64,000 bases of DNA from Dictyostelium discoideum (GCA_000004695.1 CM000154.2:1696001-1760000); one strand, 5' to 3'; positions 49,107-63,099 are shown, numbered from the stretch's first letter. Notes: generated by a model not told the origin, from the letters alone. Program-made: numbers and translations.

Positions 49107-49324
49107 AATTTATAAATCTATATACTATATATATTCCCCAATTCTCTCACTCTCTTTCTCTAAATTCACACACACATACAAATATTTTTTTTCCACTTTT
49201 TTTTTTTTTTTTCCACTTTTTTTGGAAACAGAACTTGTTTCTATAATTTTTTTTTAAAAAAAAAAAAAAAAAAAAACAAAATATAATAATTCATTTACTA
49301 TTTATTTCTATAAAATACTAAAAG

Positions 49325-49367
<43 letters not shown>

Positions 49368-49651
49368 GTCCGATGTTTAATAAAAAAAAAAAAAAATTAA
49401 AAATTAAAAAAGAAAAAAAAATTGGTATTATAAATAAAATTAGAATTTTTTTTGATATAAACAAATTGAAACCTTTTTTTTTTTTTTTCCTTTTTTATTT
49501 CTTATATTCTATTTTTTTTTTTTTTTAAAGTTGAGTACTCAATAAAAAAAAAAAAAAGAAAGAAATTTTAAATATATGAATAAATAGGTTTTTTTTTTTT
49601 TATTTTATTTTATTTTTTTAAACCTTTTTTTTTTTTTTTATTTATTTTTTT

Positions 49652-51438
49652 TTAAATCTTTTTTGAAGGAGCAACTGGAATATAAGCACCAGCAATATTA
49701 AAAGGTTTTGAAGAAGAAGCAGCAACAGTTAAAGCATGGAAAGGACCACCTTCGAATGGTTCTTTAATACCTAAAGATTTAAAAGTATTTTTAATTAAAT
49801 CATCTAAAGTTGCATAATGAGTTTGACCGCCATGATGAATATAACCAGAGCCTTGTTTATAGATGACACGAGCATGAATGATTTCTTTGTTTTTATTTAA
49901 GTAAGAGATGGCGTATGAACCAGGGTCACTACTGAAACGAAGGATATAGGTACCAGTTTTCTTACCGGCTAAATATTGAGAGGCATTCTTTGAGCTAGTT
50001 GCAGCCATGAAACCTTTGATAGAACAAATGGAGTAAACTTTATCAAAGAATTCCCTACCGTTAGTCAATGGACCAACCCAAGTTAAAATCTTACCAAAGT
50101 TATCAATGGTCACCATATCACTATCAACTGGCACCAATAAAAGTTTTAAGAATTTAATTTTAATATCATCAGCGGATAAATTTGATTCGAAACCACAATA
50201 GAGTGAAAAGTTTACAATGAATGAATTCCAAGGTACCTCCTCCTTGCCCATATAGTATTGACTCCAAAATTGTCTAGCACTAGAGTCTAAAATCAAACCA
50301 TCGATTAAAATGGTTTCCAAGATTCTTTGTTTTGAGATTTCTGCGAATGATGGACGACGTGATGGATAGTGGTCCCAGCATCTTGCTAAAAGGTCCTTTA
50401 AACGAGTTGGGAAATAGTCTGGAATAATTGGACGATTCTTTTTATTGACCACACCTTCCACCAATTGTGGATAGGAGCTGTACAATTTATTGTATGGTTC
50501 TTGTTTGGTCAACAATTCCCAAAGGAGTATTGAGAATGAGAAAACATCGACTTTACCATCGTATGGTTGGTTGACCAACATCTCTGGTGCCATGTAAAGT
50601 GGTGAACCAGCTTGACCCAATAGTTTATCTTTAGAATCTGGTTTCATATACTTACTAAGACCGAAATCGGCCACCTTTACCACCCAATTTTGGTCGACCA
50701 ATAAATTTGCGGGCTTCAAATCCAAATGGAGAATATTTGATGCGTGTAACCATGTCATACCCAATACTGTGTCACGTGCTATTAAAATTGCACGTTTAAA
50801 AGTGATGAAATCTGATGTATCCTCTTTTGCACGTAACAATGAATGAACGGACCCTTTTGGCATTAACTCTGTCACAATTGATAGATCCTCTGGTGCTGTA
50901 CATGCACCCATAAATAAAAGTAAATGAGGATTACGTAATTTTGCCATTAAACTAACTTCCTTTTTAAATTCATTCATTGTATTCTCTTCAAATACTGTTT
51001 GTGTCAATTTCTTAATTGCAACTTCTTTACCCCTAACAATACCCTTATAGACTGATCCAAATGCTCCACTACCCAATTTGGCTTCACGATTATATGATAT
51101 TTCATTTCTATCGATTTCCCATCTAATTATCTCTTCTTCATCTCTATTCTTTGTTGAATCTGGTGATATAGTTGATGTTGAATCTTCTGTTAATGATCCA
51201 TTTAAAATTACACTTGAATAATTTTGATTACTATCACTTGAATTTGTATTATTACTATTATTATTATTATTATTAGGATTAATTCTAAATGATGAGATTT
51301 TTAATTGCTCCCATGCACTAATTATACTTGTATCATTTGGTTGTTTTTGTTCAACCAATAAATTTGTAATAATTTCTTGTCTATATCTTTCTAATGTTTG
51401 TATTTTTTCTGCTTTTAATTTTAAATCAATTAACTAAT

Positions 51439-51469
<31 letters not shown>

Positions 51470-51588
51470 GTGAATAGAAAATGAGAAAAAAAAAAAAAAA
51501 AAAAAAAAAAAATGGATGGAAAATAAAAAAAAAAAATAAAAAAATGTTAATTATATTTTTATTATTTTTATTATTATTATTATTATTA

Positions 51589-51670
<82 letters not shown>

Positions 51671-51854
51671 ATACAGATTCAGTAAATAATTTATTGATTA
51701 ATTCTCTTTCTTGAGCTGGATTTTGTGAATTAATTGCATTATCAACCAATGTACGAATTTCAAGTTCTTTAGAAGCTTGCTTTGATTCTAGTTGTTTAAC
51801 TTCTTCTGTTAATTGAAGAATGGAACTTTCAAGCTTTGAGATTTTATCGTTCAT
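49652..51854 (-). CDS. SH2-domain-containing protein kinase (Dictyostelium Shk family: TKL-like dual-specificity kinase domain + C-terminal SH2), 2 exons, 653 aa
   Basis: Exon 1, 51675..51854 (MNDKISKLESSILQLTEEVKQLESK..., coiled coil, donor GTATGT). The intron carries a long (AAT)n. Exon 2, 49652..51433 (acceptor AG at 51434-51435). Kinase motifs: GSGAFGSVYKG, AIKKL, HLDLKPANLL, VADFGLS and APE. C-terminal SH2: FMAATSSKNASQYLAGKKTGTYILRFSSDPGSYAISYLNKNKEIIHARV. The paralog (shkA-E) cannot be assigned from the sequence alone. Confidence 0.85.
51570..51669. repeat. (ATT)n microsatellite inside the Shk kinase intron
   Basis: About 33 units, with one GTT interruption. Confidence 0.9.
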
Positions 51855-52710
51855 TCTTCTTTTATTATTATTATTATTTTTTTTTTTTGTGGTGCTATAA
51901 TATAATATGGATTTATGAGTAAAGTGGTCCAATGAAAAAAAAAAAAAAAAAAGAAAAGGTGGAAAAAAATAAAGATAAACAATGGAAAACAAATATAAAA
52001 ATAAAAAAAAAAAAAGAAAAAATAAAAGATTATTTTTACACTCAAAAAAAAAAAAAAATCAGCAAAAAAAAAAAAAATAAAAAAAATAAAAAAAAAAAAT
52101 AAAATTAAAAAAAAATAAAATAAAAAAAAAAAAAAAAGTTGGATTCAACCAACAAAGTTTATGAAAAAAAAAAAAAACTTGAGAAAAAAATTAACTTATC
52201 TATGTTAAATTATTGTTATTACTTTCAATCTTATTTAAATATTGTTACTTATTAGTACTTTTTTTTTTTTATGTTTTTGAAATTTTTTATTTTTATTTTT
52301 AATTTTATTTATTTTTTTTTGAAAATAAAAACACACCAAAAAATGTTTACCCCTTTATAAATTTTTTTTTTGATAAATTTAGATAAAGATTTAATCAAAA
52401 AAAAAAAAAAAAAGTTAATTAAAATATCTTTTTTCATATCATTTTTTTTTTTTTTTCATTTTTTTTTTTCACAAATTAAAAATAGATATTTTTAATCAGG
52501 AAAAAAAAAGTAATCAAAATAAAATAAAAAAAATGATTACAAATATTTTTTCAAATTTACAAATTATAAAAACTCTTTAAACTATTAAATAAAAAAAAAA
52601 ATAAAAAAATAAAAAAATAGAATAGTTATTGATCTATTAAAGATTTTTTTTTTTAATAAAAAAATTTATTTATAAAGTACAAGAAAGATTTTAAAAAAGA
52701 AAATTAAAAA

Positions 52711-53538
52711 TTAAGGTCTGTACAATCCATCTTGAAAAGAATTTAATTGACTTAATTGATGTTGTCTTTGTTGTTGTAATAATTGTTGTTGTTGAAGGAA
52801 ATATTGTTGTTGGACTTGTTGTTGAGTTTGTCCTAAAAGGTTTTGTTGTTGTAATAATTGAAATTGTTGATTTTTAATTTGTTGATTAACTAAAGCATCA
52901 TTACTACCAATACCAATGCCACTAGTGTTTTGTTGAAATAATAATTGGGTCTCTAATTTCTTGATTTTTTCATCTTTTTCTTTATTTGATTTAATTAAGT
53001 CACTTAAAACTGTTCTTAGAGATAAATGGTAACAATTGATTTCATGTATTGAAACTTCTGATTTCGTAGATCTGAATGGACATAAAATATCTTGACCACT
53101 GCAATTAACAATTGCCATTGAACAATCGAATTTAATATGATGATCGAATTCGGATCGGGTGAATTTGGATCCACAACCTTCACAGTGCTGTGATTTACAT
53201 TGTTTGTCCAAATGCATTGATTTATATTCACCCCTTTTAATTGACGATACATCATCACATAATGTACATGTCACTAATGCTTCATTTAATTTATTTGATA
53301 CATACTTTGCTACGATTCCAATCGATGCCATTTGATTACATAATGGACAAATTGGTTTAACTGATATTGCATTATTTATACATTCCCTACAAAACATTTG
53401 ACCACATTGACTCTCCACAACTGGATCATTTAATACTTCTAAACAAATTGCACATTCTAATCCATTATCGATTTTCTCAGGTTCTAAATATTTAAATGTA
53501 ATATTATTATTTCCATTTTTATTAAAAGGATTATTCAT
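52711..53538 (-). CDS. RING finger (C3HC4) plus TRAF-type zinc finger protein with Q-rich C-terminus
   Basis: A 275-aa ORF. RING: CAICLEVLNDPVVESQCGQMFCRECINNAISVKPICPLC. TRAF-type zinc fingers follow (VTCTLCDDVSS..HLDKQCKSQHCEGCGSKFTRSEFDHHIKFDCSMAIVNCSGQDILCPFR...HEINC). Then a coiled-coil and poly-Q tail. Confidence 0.75.
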   Translation of the reverse strand: MNNPFNKNGNNNITFKYLEPEKIDNGLECAICLEVLNDPVVESQCGQMFCRECINNAISVKPICPLCNQMASIGIVAKYVSNKLNEALVTCTLCDDVSSIKRGEYKSMHLDKQCKSQHCEGCGSKFTRSEFDHHIKFDCSMAIVNCSGQDILCPFRSTKSEVSIHEINCYHLSLRTVLSDLIKSNKEKDEKIKKLETQLLFQQNTSGIGIGSNDALVNQQIKNQQFQLLQQQNLLGQTQQQVQQQYFLQQQQLLQQQRQHQLSQLNSFQDGLYRP

Positions 53539-54412
53539 TTCTTTTTTTTTTTTTTTAAAAAATTGAATATAAAAAATAAAATATTATTTTATTAGTAATG
53601 TAGGTTTTTTTTTTTTTTGAATTTTTAAAAATAAAAAATTAAAAAAATAAAAAAAATTTTAATTTAAATATTTTTTTTTTTTTTTTATTTTATTTCCTCT
53701 CATATATTCAAGTATCTGAATACTTTTCCTATTTTTATTTTTTTTAATTTAAAATTTTTTATTTTTTATTTTTTTTTTTTTTTATTTTTGGAAAAGGGTT
53801 GGAAATCAAAAAAATCAAAAATTGTTACTAAACTGTATCACTTCATAAAGTATAAATCATACATGTAAATTAAAATTGAAAAAAAAAAAAAAAAAATAAA
53901 AAAGAAAAAAAAAAAAATAAAAACAATTTTAAGAATTAAATAAAAAAAAATAAAAGAAAAAACCATCTTTTTAATCATCCACCATAATTATATTATTTAA
54001 AAAAAAAAAAAAAAAAATGAATTTAATATAAAATATTTATTTATTTTTGATCATTTTTATTCTTTAAAAGGAAAAGAAAAAAGAAAATTTAAAAGAAAAG
54101 AAATAAAAAAAATAAAAAAAAAATTTTAAACATTTCCAAAACAATCAAAATAGTTGAACTTCACTTTTTAATTTATTTTATTGTTTGTTGTTCATTTTAT
54201 TTTATTTTAATTTTTTTTAATTTTTTTTTTTTTTCATTTAATTTTTTTTTTAATTTTTTTTTTTTTTTAATTTTTTGCTCAACTTCACAAAAAAAAAAAA
54301 TTTCATTTATAACTTTTTTTAATTTTTTTTTTTTTTTTTCATTTATTATTCTTAGTATATATATATTTTTTTTTTAATATTTTAATTATTCACTTTATAC
54401 ATATAATAAAAA

Positions 54413-56480
54413 ATGGCTGATATTGAAATGTCCGAAGCATCAAAAACTCCAGTTGTTGCTGAAGAAGTTGTAGATCCAGTTCAAAAAGCTAATGAAGCAT
54501 CATTATTAACTTTTGCTGGTATGTTATATAAAAGAAATAAATAAATGAATAAATAAAAAATAAAAAATAATGATTAAATCAAAATATACTAATAAAAAAA
54601 AAAAAAAAAAAAAAAAAAATATTATTTAATAATTTTTTTTATTTATTCATTTATTTGTTTCTTTTATATACTGCATACAGATTTAAAAAAAAATATTGGA
54701 TTAATTGATAAAGGTGTAGATACAAAAGAAATGAGATTTATTATTAGTGTTCTTAGACAAACACAATCAATTAGAAAGAAATTAAACTATAAAGTTTTAA
54801 ATCAAATTGTTAATTTTGCATTCTCTCATCAAAATCATGCCACAAAGAAAAACTTTTTATTATCATTTTTAAAGGTAATTATTTAATAATCACTATTATT
54901 TATTATAAGTATTATTATTATTATTATTAGAGTGGTGAATTAACTTTTTTTTTTTTAATTTTTAATTTTTTAATTTTTTAATTTTTTTTTCATCAACCCC
55001 CAAAAAAAATAATTATAATCAATTATTAATAATAGTCTGATGGTAGTTCAATGGATATTGATTCTACTACACAAGCAGAAAAAGAAACTACACCATCATC
55101 ATCATCATCACATTTGAATATTGAAGTTGAAAGTTATATTCACCTTTTAGTATTAATATATTTAATTGATCAAAAAAAATATGAAGATGCAACCAAATGT
55201 TCATCAGCTCTTATGGAGACTGTTCAATCTAACACAAGAATTACTCTCTATCCATTATCATCAAAAATTTTCTTTTATTATAGTTTATCTTATGAAATGA
55301 CAAATAATCTTCATGAAGTTAGATCGTATGTATTTTTATTTATTTATTTTTTTTTTTTTAAAAAAAAAAAAAAAAGTTATTAATATAATTTTTTATTAAT
55401 TATTAATTATTAATTATTTTTTTTTTTTTAAAAAAAAAAAAAAAGAACATTATTATCAGCACTTCGTACAGCAACATTAAGACATAATGATGAAGGTCAA
55501 GCAACAATTATTAATTTATTATTGAGAAATTATTTAGAATATAATTTATTTGAACAAGCAGATAAATTATTGGCCAATACACAATTCCCAGAATCTGCAT
55601 CAAGCAATCAATTTGCACGTTATTTCTACTATCAAGGTAGAATTAGAGCCATTCAATTAGAGTATGCTGAATCATTTAAATTCCTCACACAAGCAATTAG
55701 AAAAGCACCACAAAACACTGCTGGTGGTTTCAGAAGAACTGTTTATAAACTTTTATCAATCGTTCAATTATTGATGGGTGAAATTCCAGAAAGAAATACT
55801 TTCTCACAAAAACAATTAAAAATTGCACTCAAACCATACTTTCATTTAACTGAAGCCGTTAGAGTTGGTGATTTAGGTTCTTTCAATCAAGCTTTGGAAC
55901 AAAATTCAGACATTTTCAAATCAGATCAAACTTTTACCCTTGTTCAAAGATTACGTTCAAATGTTATCAAAGCTGGACTTAAAAAATTAAATACTGCTTA
56001 CTCTAGAATCTCTTTCAATGATATTTGTACAAAATTAAAATTTGATGGTACTACTCAAGATATCATGTTTATTATTGCAAAGGTAAGCTAATTTTTATTT
56101 TTAATTTTAAAACTATTTTTTTAATTTTTTTTTTTTTTCCTAATATTTATATTTTTCTACTTTTTTAAAAAAAAAAAAAAAACTGTAAACAGACTATTAA
56201 AGATGGTGTTATTGATGCAACTATAAATTATGAAGGTGGTTACCTCCAAAGTAGAGAAAATATTGATGCTTATTCAACTCAAGAACCATTACATGCTTTC
56301 TCCAATAGAATTGATATTTGTTTAAAGATTCACAATGATTCCCTTAAAGCTATGAGATTCCATCCAGATTTAAATAAAGCTGAAACTGAAAAGATTGCTG
56401 AAGTAGCCAAAACTATTAAAGAAGAAATGGAAAGACAAGCTGAAGAAAGCTCTGATAATGAAGGTGATTCTGATTTTTAA
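54413..56480 (+). CDS. psmD3: 26S proteasome regulatory subunit Rpn3 / PSMD3 (PCI domain), 5 exons, 504 aa
   Basis: Exons 54413..54518, 54681..54874, 55036..55325, 55446..56082 and 56193..56480. Donors are GTATGT, GTAATT, GTATGT and GTAAGC, the acceptors are AG, and all phases are consistent (1515 nt). The conserved PCI/C-terminal blocks are [84 protein letters not shown], which closely matches metazoan PSMD3. Confidence 0.9.
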
Positions 56481-56787
56481 GTAAATAATAATAAAAAAAA
56501 AAAAAAAAAAAAAAAATTTATAAAAACATTGAATTAAATGTATTATACAATAATTTATAAATATTCAAAATTATATAAATAAATTAAATAAACTAAATAA
56601 ACTAATATAAAAAAAACTAAAAAAAAAAAAAATGTTTTCTTAACTATTTTTTTTCCAAAGTATGTTTGTTGGTAATATATCCAAGAATAAAAAATTAGGA
56701 AAAAAAAACATATATATATTTTTTTAAGTGACAACTAACGACAAAACAAAGCCATTTTTTTTATTTAATTTATTTTTAGAGAATGGT

Positions 56788-57207
56788 TTAAGCCCCTAAC
56801 TTCTTTTGTATGTTTACTCTTTCAGTTTGAATCAATGAAACAACAATATCATCTTCATTTTGATGATGATAATTGTTGTTGGACAACTTTTCACACGATA
56901 CAAATAATTCACTGGAATTTACATTTGTTTCAAGTGTTGAAAGAGTTGATGATGATGATGATGATTCATTGATTAAACCGTTTTTGTTATTAATGGAATT
57001 GATTTGTAATGGTTTGTTTGTATTAGATGTAGTTGTAGTTGTATTTTTTTCATTTTTGTATTTTTCTTTAATTATTGTTGTTGTTGTTGTAGTTGTTGTA
57101 ATAGTTGTTGTTAATGTTGTTTTTGGTGAAAGTGATTTTTGTTGTTGTTGTTGTTGTTTTTGAATGGTAGAGAAGGAAGGGGCAACCTTAAAAGTGGAGG
57201 AGACCAA
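56788..57207 (-). CDS. Low-complexity hypothetical ORF (139 aa, T/S/Q/N-rich) immediately downstream of eRF1; possibly spurious
   Basis: The ORF has an ATG start but is dominated by poly-T/S/Q runs. It starts only ~37 nt after the eRF1 stop codon on the same strand. Confidence 0.2.
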   Translation of the reverse strand: MVSSTFKVAPSFSTIQKQQQQQQKSLSPKTTLTTTITTTTTTTTIIKEKYKNEKNTTTTTSNTNKPLQINSINNKNGLINESSSSSSTLSTLETNVNSSELFVSCEKLSNNNYHHQNEDDIVVSLIQTERVNIQKKLGA

Positions 57208-57243
57208 ACCAGTACCATTTCTGTTGCTGGTTTTTTCAATTGG

Positions 57244-58474
57244 TCAAAAGTCTGAATCACTATCATCGTATTCATTCTCATCTGGATTATCGAAATCATT
57301 GAGTTGAGCGAAATCTACTTGATAACGGAGTAAACCACCCAAACCACCAAAACCTTTACAGAATTGTGAACCTTCTTGAGATTTGTTGGTGACGAATTCG
57401 AGAGAGGCACCAAAGTTTTTGTAGTTATTGGCGAACCACTCAACGATTGGCATTTCTTCGACGATTTCATAGTCAAGACCAGATTCTTTATCCTTAAAGA
57501 CAGAGGCATCTTTATTTTGATCTTTATTTAAAAAGATGACTTTCTCTTCACCAGTTGGTAAACGAAGTAAGTAACGAATTGTTTCCAATGATTCCCAAAC
57601 GATTAAAGTGTGAGCAGCACCCAAGTCCAAAGCTTTCAAAGTATCAGCGATACCGAAACAATACTTACCAGTGTCTTGTGCGATCTCTTCAAAGAATTGT
57701 GAGATTAATTTCTTCTCTTGAATGAATTTGACACTTGAGAGAACTTCACCAGATAATTCGATAGCTTGATTGAAACCATTATCACCACCATAGGAAACAT
57801 CGACGATTTTAATGATCTTTTCACGAAGACGTTGATCAAACATATCAGAGGTACCAAGTTCAGTCTTGAAATCGGCAGAACCAGCTAAAATCAAACCTGA
57901 AACGTTTGGTTTATCATTGGTGACGTAGAATTGGGTGGCCAACTCTGAAACTTTACGAACGTAATTGTGACGTTTTTCCATACGAAGACGAGCGAAACGA
58001 AGGGCAGATTGACCACCACGACCGTGTTTCTTTGGGAGATCTACTGTAATCTTATGGAGAACTGTTCTGGTTGAACCACATAATAAACCAAAGAGTGCAC
58101 CATTACCATCTACGACGATGAAACCAAACTTTTCATCACTCTCTAATAATTCACCCAATGGTGCTGTATGGAATTTATTATCACATAAATAGAGTGAGGT
58201 ATTGATTGGTTTGAATGGTTCAATATCGATACGTACTGGTTTCTCTTTACCTTCATCTGTAACCATTGTACCGCAATAAATAACTAAACCATTATCTGGT
58301 ACTTTAGTATATAACTTTAATCTTTGTTGTGCTGATGTAATTGCACCCAATACTGATAATCTATTAACTCTTGATTTAATATTTGATGCTGTACCATACT
58401 CTTCTGCTAACATTTTATTAACTTTTGCAATTTGATCACCTGGACGAATAATTAATGAAATCATAGATGTACCA

Positions 58475-58528
<54 letters not shown>

Positions 58529-58781
58529 ATTATAAAAAAAAATTAGTAAAATAGAATAAATTAATTTGGTTATTTGTTTTCTTGATTTTAAAAAAAAAAA
58601 ATTTTTTTCTTTTTTTTTTCTCTTCTTTTTTTCTTCTTTTTGGAAATGGTTTTTTTTTTTTTTTTTAATAATTAGGTTAAAAAACATACCCTCTGGCAGC
58701 TTCCAAATTTTTAATTAATTTTTTGATTTTCCATTGTTCAACTTGCTTATCTGCATTTTGTTGATCATCAACAGCTGACAT
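57244..58781 (-). CDS. erf1: Eukaryotic peptide chain release factor subunit 1 (eRF1), 2 exons, 441 aa
   Basis: Exon 1, 58690..58781 ([31 protein letters not shown], donor GTATGT). Exon 2, 57244..58477 (acceptor AG at 58478-58479), beginning [56 protein letters not shown]. The NIKS and GGQ motifs are present ([15 protein letters not shown]). The acidic C-terminal tail is typical. Confidence 0.95.
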
Positions 58782-59270
58782 CTTTTTATTTTTTCTTTAA
58801 AATTATAAAAAACTATACAAAAAAGTTTGAATTGTATGGTAAAAAGTAAGATAAAGATAAATCAAATTTGAAAAAAAAAAAAAAAAATTTTAAAAAAAAA
58901 ATTTAAAAAAAAAAAATTGAAAAAAAAAAAAAAAAAAAAAAGAAAAACAAAAACCAGAACGAAAAACGAAAAAAATTATAAAAAAAATAACTTAAAAGTT
59001 AAATTTCAATAAAAATAAAAAAATAAAAATAATTAGTAGAGATATTTATAAATACTTACTTTAGTTTTCTTTTTGGATTTTTAGTTTAATTTTTTTTTAA
59101 AACTTTTCTTTTTTTTTTTTTTTTTTTTTTTATGTTTTATAATTATTGAAATACAAAAATGAATAGTTGAATGTATTTTTTTTTTTTTTTTTTTTTTTTA
59201 TTGGTTTTAAAATTTTTTTTTTTTTTTTTTTTTTGGGCTTAAAATTATATTTTTTTTTTTTTTGGTTAGG

Positions 59271-59308
<38 letters not shown>

Positions 59309-60288
59309 CCCAATAAAGATAAATTAAAAATTTAAATTTTGGATATTATTTATTATTTCCCAAATTAATTTGGAAAGAAAATGGAATGTTAAAAAAAAAA
59401 TAAAAAAAAAATAAAAAAAAAATAAAAAAATAAAAAAAATAAAAAAAATAACACACAAAATTACCTTATGTAAAAAAAAAAATTAAAAATAGTTTTTTTT
59501 TTATTTTTTTTATTTTTTTAATTATTTCTAAATCCTACCAAATAAAATCTGGATTAATTATCTTAATATTTTTTTTAATTTTTTTTTTTTTTTTTTTTCA
59601 GACTCATGAATGGGAAGTTCACTTTCAGTTTTTTACATATATATATTTTATATTATCCCAACAACTCAAAATCCACTTGGGAATTTGAATTGTTAATTTT
59701 TTTTTTAAATAATTTCTTTTTTTTTTTTTCCCAAAAATTATTGAAACCTAATAACTTTTAGTTGGAATAATTAATAACATAGATTTTTTTCTTTTTTCTT
59801 TTAAAATAAATCCAAAAAATTTTGACCAATACTTTTTATAATTATTTTTTTTATTTATTAAACTTTTTTTTTTTTTTTTAATTTTTTAAAAGTTCTTATT
59901 TAACCAAGAATACCATAAATATTTTTTATTTTAAGTAGATTTAAAAAAATTAGTTTTTCTCTTGCCAAAAAAAAAAAAAAATTTTTTTTTGAGAAAAAAT
60001 GAAATTTAAATTGGATTTCATTTAGTTTTTTTTAAAATTTCATATTTTTTTCAATTAAATTTTGTTTGTGGTAGTAGAAGATACGACCTATATAAAAAGC
60101 ATATAAAGTTATCTATAATAAATGAGCCTCATTTTTCCCCAATATAATTATAAAAAAAACATTAGAATAATCGTAATGGAGTTCTCTATTAATTGATACC
60201 AAATTTATTAATATTGAAAAATAGTAAGTTATATAAATACCTAAATTACTTTAAAAACTACCCTTTCTTCAATCTGCTAAAATAATTT

Positions 60289-60290
<2 letters not shown>

Positions 60291-60372
<82 letters not shown>
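60291..60372. repeat. poly(T) homopolymer (~82 nt) followed by (CT)n
   Basis: An uninterrupted T run upstream of the DNAJC7 homolog. Confidence 0.9.
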
Positions 60373-60683
60373 CTCTCTCTTTTTTTTTTTTCTTTTTTTT
60401 TTAATTTTTATTTTTATTTTTTTAAAAAAATTCCCGCGATTAATATAATATATATATATTATAAAATAACTATAATTTTATTTTAAGTAATAAAAAAAGT
60501 TAATATACATACTCATATATATAAATAACCACAAAAAAAAAAAAATAAAAAAATAAAAAAATTTTAAAAATTAAAAAATAAATAAAAAAAAAAAAAAAAT
60601 AAACTACACTTTAAAAGAAACACAACACAACACAACACAATAACAATAACAATAACAAAAACAATAACAATAATAAATTAAAA

Positions 60684-61334
60684 ATGGATCACGAAGAATG
60701 CAAAACACAAGGTAATAACTACTTTAAACAATCCCAATATATGGATGCAATTAGATGTTATACACAAGCAATTGGTAAGTTTTTTATTATTTTTTTCATT
60801 AACTACAATATTATTATTATTATTATTTATTATATTATTAACACTTTTTTTTTCATATAATAGAATTATCAAATGGCACAATTGCAGCATATTATGGAAA
60901 CAGAGCAGCAGCATATTTAGCAATTTGTACAAAATCATCATTACAAGATTCAATTAAAGATTCATTAAAAGCAATTGAATTAGAAAGAAGTTTCATTAAA
61001 GGTTATACAAGAGCATCAAAAGCATATATTCATTTAGCACAATATGATCAAGCTGCCTCAATTATTGTACGTGGTTTAGTATTTGATCCAAGAAATAACG
61101 AATTATTACAAGAAAAGAATCAAATTGATTCAATACAAAGAACCATTTCATCACTCACCAAAGAGAAAGCTTTATCAAATCCATCCTCAAGTTTAAATCA
61201 AATTGAAAATGTACTTTCACAATCAAAATATAATACACAACTTCAAGTTTTAAAAGCAAGAGTGTTAATAGAATTAAAACAATATCCACAAGCTTCAAAT
61301 TTAATGACGTATGTAAAAAATAAAAAAAATAATA

Positions 61335-61375
<41 letters not shown>

Positions 61376-61790
61376 CATTTTAAAACATTTATTAATTAAA
61401 ATTTTTATAATTTATTATTATAATAATAATAATATAATATTACTATATATAGTACATTATTACAAGAAGATTCAAGAAATCCAGAATATTTATATGTTAG
61501 AGGTTTATCATTATATTATCAAAATAATTTCCCATTGGCTCTTCAACATTTCCAAAATTCATTAACATATGATCCAGATTATTCAGAGAGTAGAGTGGCA
61601 TTAAAGAGATTAAGAAGTATAGAATCAAAAAAGAAAGAAGGTAATGAATATTTCCAATCTAAAAATTATCAAGCTGCTTATGATTCATTCACTGAAGCTC
61701 TTTCAATTGATCCAAAATTAGAAACTATGAATTCTCAACTTTATTCAAATAGAGCTGCTGCATTAGTTCATGTAAATTTTATTATAATTA

Positions 61791-61826
<36 letters not shown>

Positions 61827-62646
61827 CAATAACCTAATCATATATTTTATTATTTATTTTATTTTATTTTATTTTTATTAGTTAAATAGAATTAGTGAAG
61901 CAATTAATGATTGCACAAGTGCAGTTACAATTGATCCAAATTATGGTAAAGCATATATTAGAAGAGCACAATGCCAAATGAAACAAGAAAACTATGAAGA
62001 TGCAGTTAGAGATTATGAGAAAGCACAAAGTTTAGATCCAGAGAATGGTGAATTACAAAGAAACATTAAAGAAGCAAAGATTGCTCATAAGAAATCATTA
62101 AGAAAAGATTATTACAAGATATTAGGTGTTTCAAAGGAAGCAGGTGAAACAGAGATTAAGAAAGCTTATAGAAAATTAGCATTACAATATCATCCAGACA
62201 AGAATAATCAATTACCAGAGGAAGAGAAAGCACAAGCTGAAAAAATGTTTAAAGATATTGGTGAGGCATACAGTGTTTTAAGTGATGAGAAAAAGAAACG
62301 TCAATACGATATGGGTCAAGATGAAAATGGTATGCCATTCGATGCCGATATGGGTGGTGTTGATATCAATAGTGTGTTCTCACAATTCTTTAACCAAGGT
62401 GGTATGGGAGGTGGTATGGGAGGTGGAGGCTTTGGTGGCATGGGAGGCGGAGGTTTCGGCGGTATGGGAGGTGGAGGTTTCAGCGGTATGGGAGGTGGTG
62501 GTGGTTTCGGTGGAATGCCATTTGGTTTCGATATGGGAGGTGGTGGCGGCTATGGTGGCATGGGTGGCGGTTTTGGTGGTCATAGTGGTCATTCTCATGG
62601 TGGAAGTAGAAGTAGATCCTCAAGAGGTGGCAATGAATATAGATAA
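60684..62646 (+). CDS. dnajc7: DnaJ homolog subfamily C member 7 (DNAJC7/TPR2-like): TPR repeats plus J domain, with a C-terminal Gly/Met/Phe-rich tail; 4 exons, 539 aa
   Basis: Exons 60684..60774 ([31 protein letters not shown], donor GTAAGT), 60864..61308 (donor GTATGT), 61453..61771 (donor GTAAAT) and 61882..62646. Phases are consistent (1620 nt). TPR consensus appears repeatedly (GN.YF....Y..A...Y..A). J domain: [33 protein letters not shown]. The tail consists of [10 protein letters not shown] repeats. Confidence 0.9.
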
Positions 62647-62746
62647 ACACTATAGTTTCAACACTTTTTTTTTTTTTTAAAAAAAAAGAAAATTATTTAA
62701 TAATTTATACTTTATAAAATTATTATTTTTTAATAATAACACTAAT

Positions 62747-62810
<64 letters not shown>

Positions 62811-63061
62811 AATCAAATAAAACTACTAATATATTAATATAATAACACAATGCAATAATATTATTTAACTTAAATAATAAACTTTTATTTTATTTTTTTT
62901 TAAATAATACTAAAAAAGTTTTTTTTATTTTTTATTTTTTTTTTTTTATTTTTTTGATCATTAATCTATTTTTTTTATTTTTTATTTTTGTTTTTTTTAA
63001 ATTACCCCCACACACACATACATACACTAACTCATATGTGTGATAAAAAAAAAAAAAGTAC

Positions 63062-63099
<38 letters not shown>

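Noticed and set aside
51481-52045. ORFs 51481..51714 (+) and 51851..52045 (−) around the kinase gene's first intron and promoter
   Set aside because: They are poly-L/poly-F translations of (ATT)n and T-runs. The real exon 1 of the kinase (51675..51854) is in a different frame and supported by splice logic.
53016-53258. Minus-strand 80-aa ORF in an alternate frame inside the RING/TRAF gene
   Set aside because: It overlaps the zinc-finger coding frame, and has no start context and no independent support.
62282-62680. Plus-strand ORF 62282..62680 and minus-strand ORF 62380..62598 over the DNAJC7 Gly-rich tail
   Set aside because: They are alternate-frame and antisense readings of the GGN repeat DNA (poly-V/W/E and poly-T). 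The in-frame reading continues the J-domain protein.
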